From: Camelus dromedarius
Taxonomy: Eukaryota
Direction: 5' to 3'
Length of the DNA stretch: 64,000 nt
Assembly (NCBI RefSeq): GCF_036321535.1
Contig: NC_087437.1
Coordinates: 105,092,001-105,156,000 of the forward strand
The stretch's first letter is position 1, and the number at the start of each line of letters is the position of its first letter. The position numbers were made by a program, and so were the translations under genes. The notes beneath the pieces were generated by a model. It was not told where the DNA came from. It saw only the letters and a program-made list of their open reading frames with translations, and ran no database searches. This document shows, piece by piece, positions 63,915 to 64,000 of the stretch.

Positions 63915-64000
63915 CCTTTTTTTGTTTTTTTTTAAACTTTTTTTTATTGATTTATAAACATTTTTCAATGTTGTGTCAAATTCCAGTGTAGAGCACAATT
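63915..64000 (-). mobile_element. Young camelid-type L1 3' end, cut by the window end
   Basis: T-rich tail then TTTATTGATTTATAAAC...CAATGTTGTGTCAAATTCCAGTGTAGAGCACAATT. Confidence 0.85.

Noticed and set aside
1..64000. ORF-track entries as protein-coding genes
   Set aside because: All are 132 aa or shorter, many start at TTG/GTG, and none resembles a cellular protein. The only recognisable peptides are broken L1 ORF2 fragments.
1..64000. CRISPR array, rRNA, snRNA, NUMT or CpG-island promoter
   Set aside because: No regularly spaced repeat-spacer array, no recognisable structural-RNA or mitochondrial sequence, and CpG enrichment is mostly limited to young LTRs.

Overview
This is 64 kb of AT-rich, CpG-depleted mammalian non-coding DNA. 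It is most likely camelid (alpaca, llama or camel), judged from two vic-1-like tRNA-derived SINEs and cetartiodactyl-type L1 3' ends. I find no credible protein-coding gene, RNA gene or prokaryotic-type system; the listed ORFs are chance frames or repeat fragments. Much of the window is recognisable interspersed repeat: L1 of several ages, L2, MIR, possible CR1/L3, MaLR/ERVL/ERV1 LTRs and hAT-Charlie MITEs. The most structured locus is 24.2-28.6 kb, a fossil ERVL internal region (RT, RNase H and gag remnants on the - strand) carrying five younger ERV1-type solo LTRs. Two of these are about 92% identical by hand alignment and sit 358 bp apart in convergent, inverted orientation, each with its own 4-bp TSD, forming a potential ~475-bp dsRNA stem. 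Other notable items are a polyadenylated 3'UTR-like retrocopy inside an LTR33, a near-consensus CTCF motif inside an MLT1 LTR, a tail-to-tail L1 fusion, and a 74-bp L1 micro-insertion with an extra 3' segment. Repeat family names come from recalled consensus sequences, not a search, so subfamily labels and the boundaries of old repeats are approximate.
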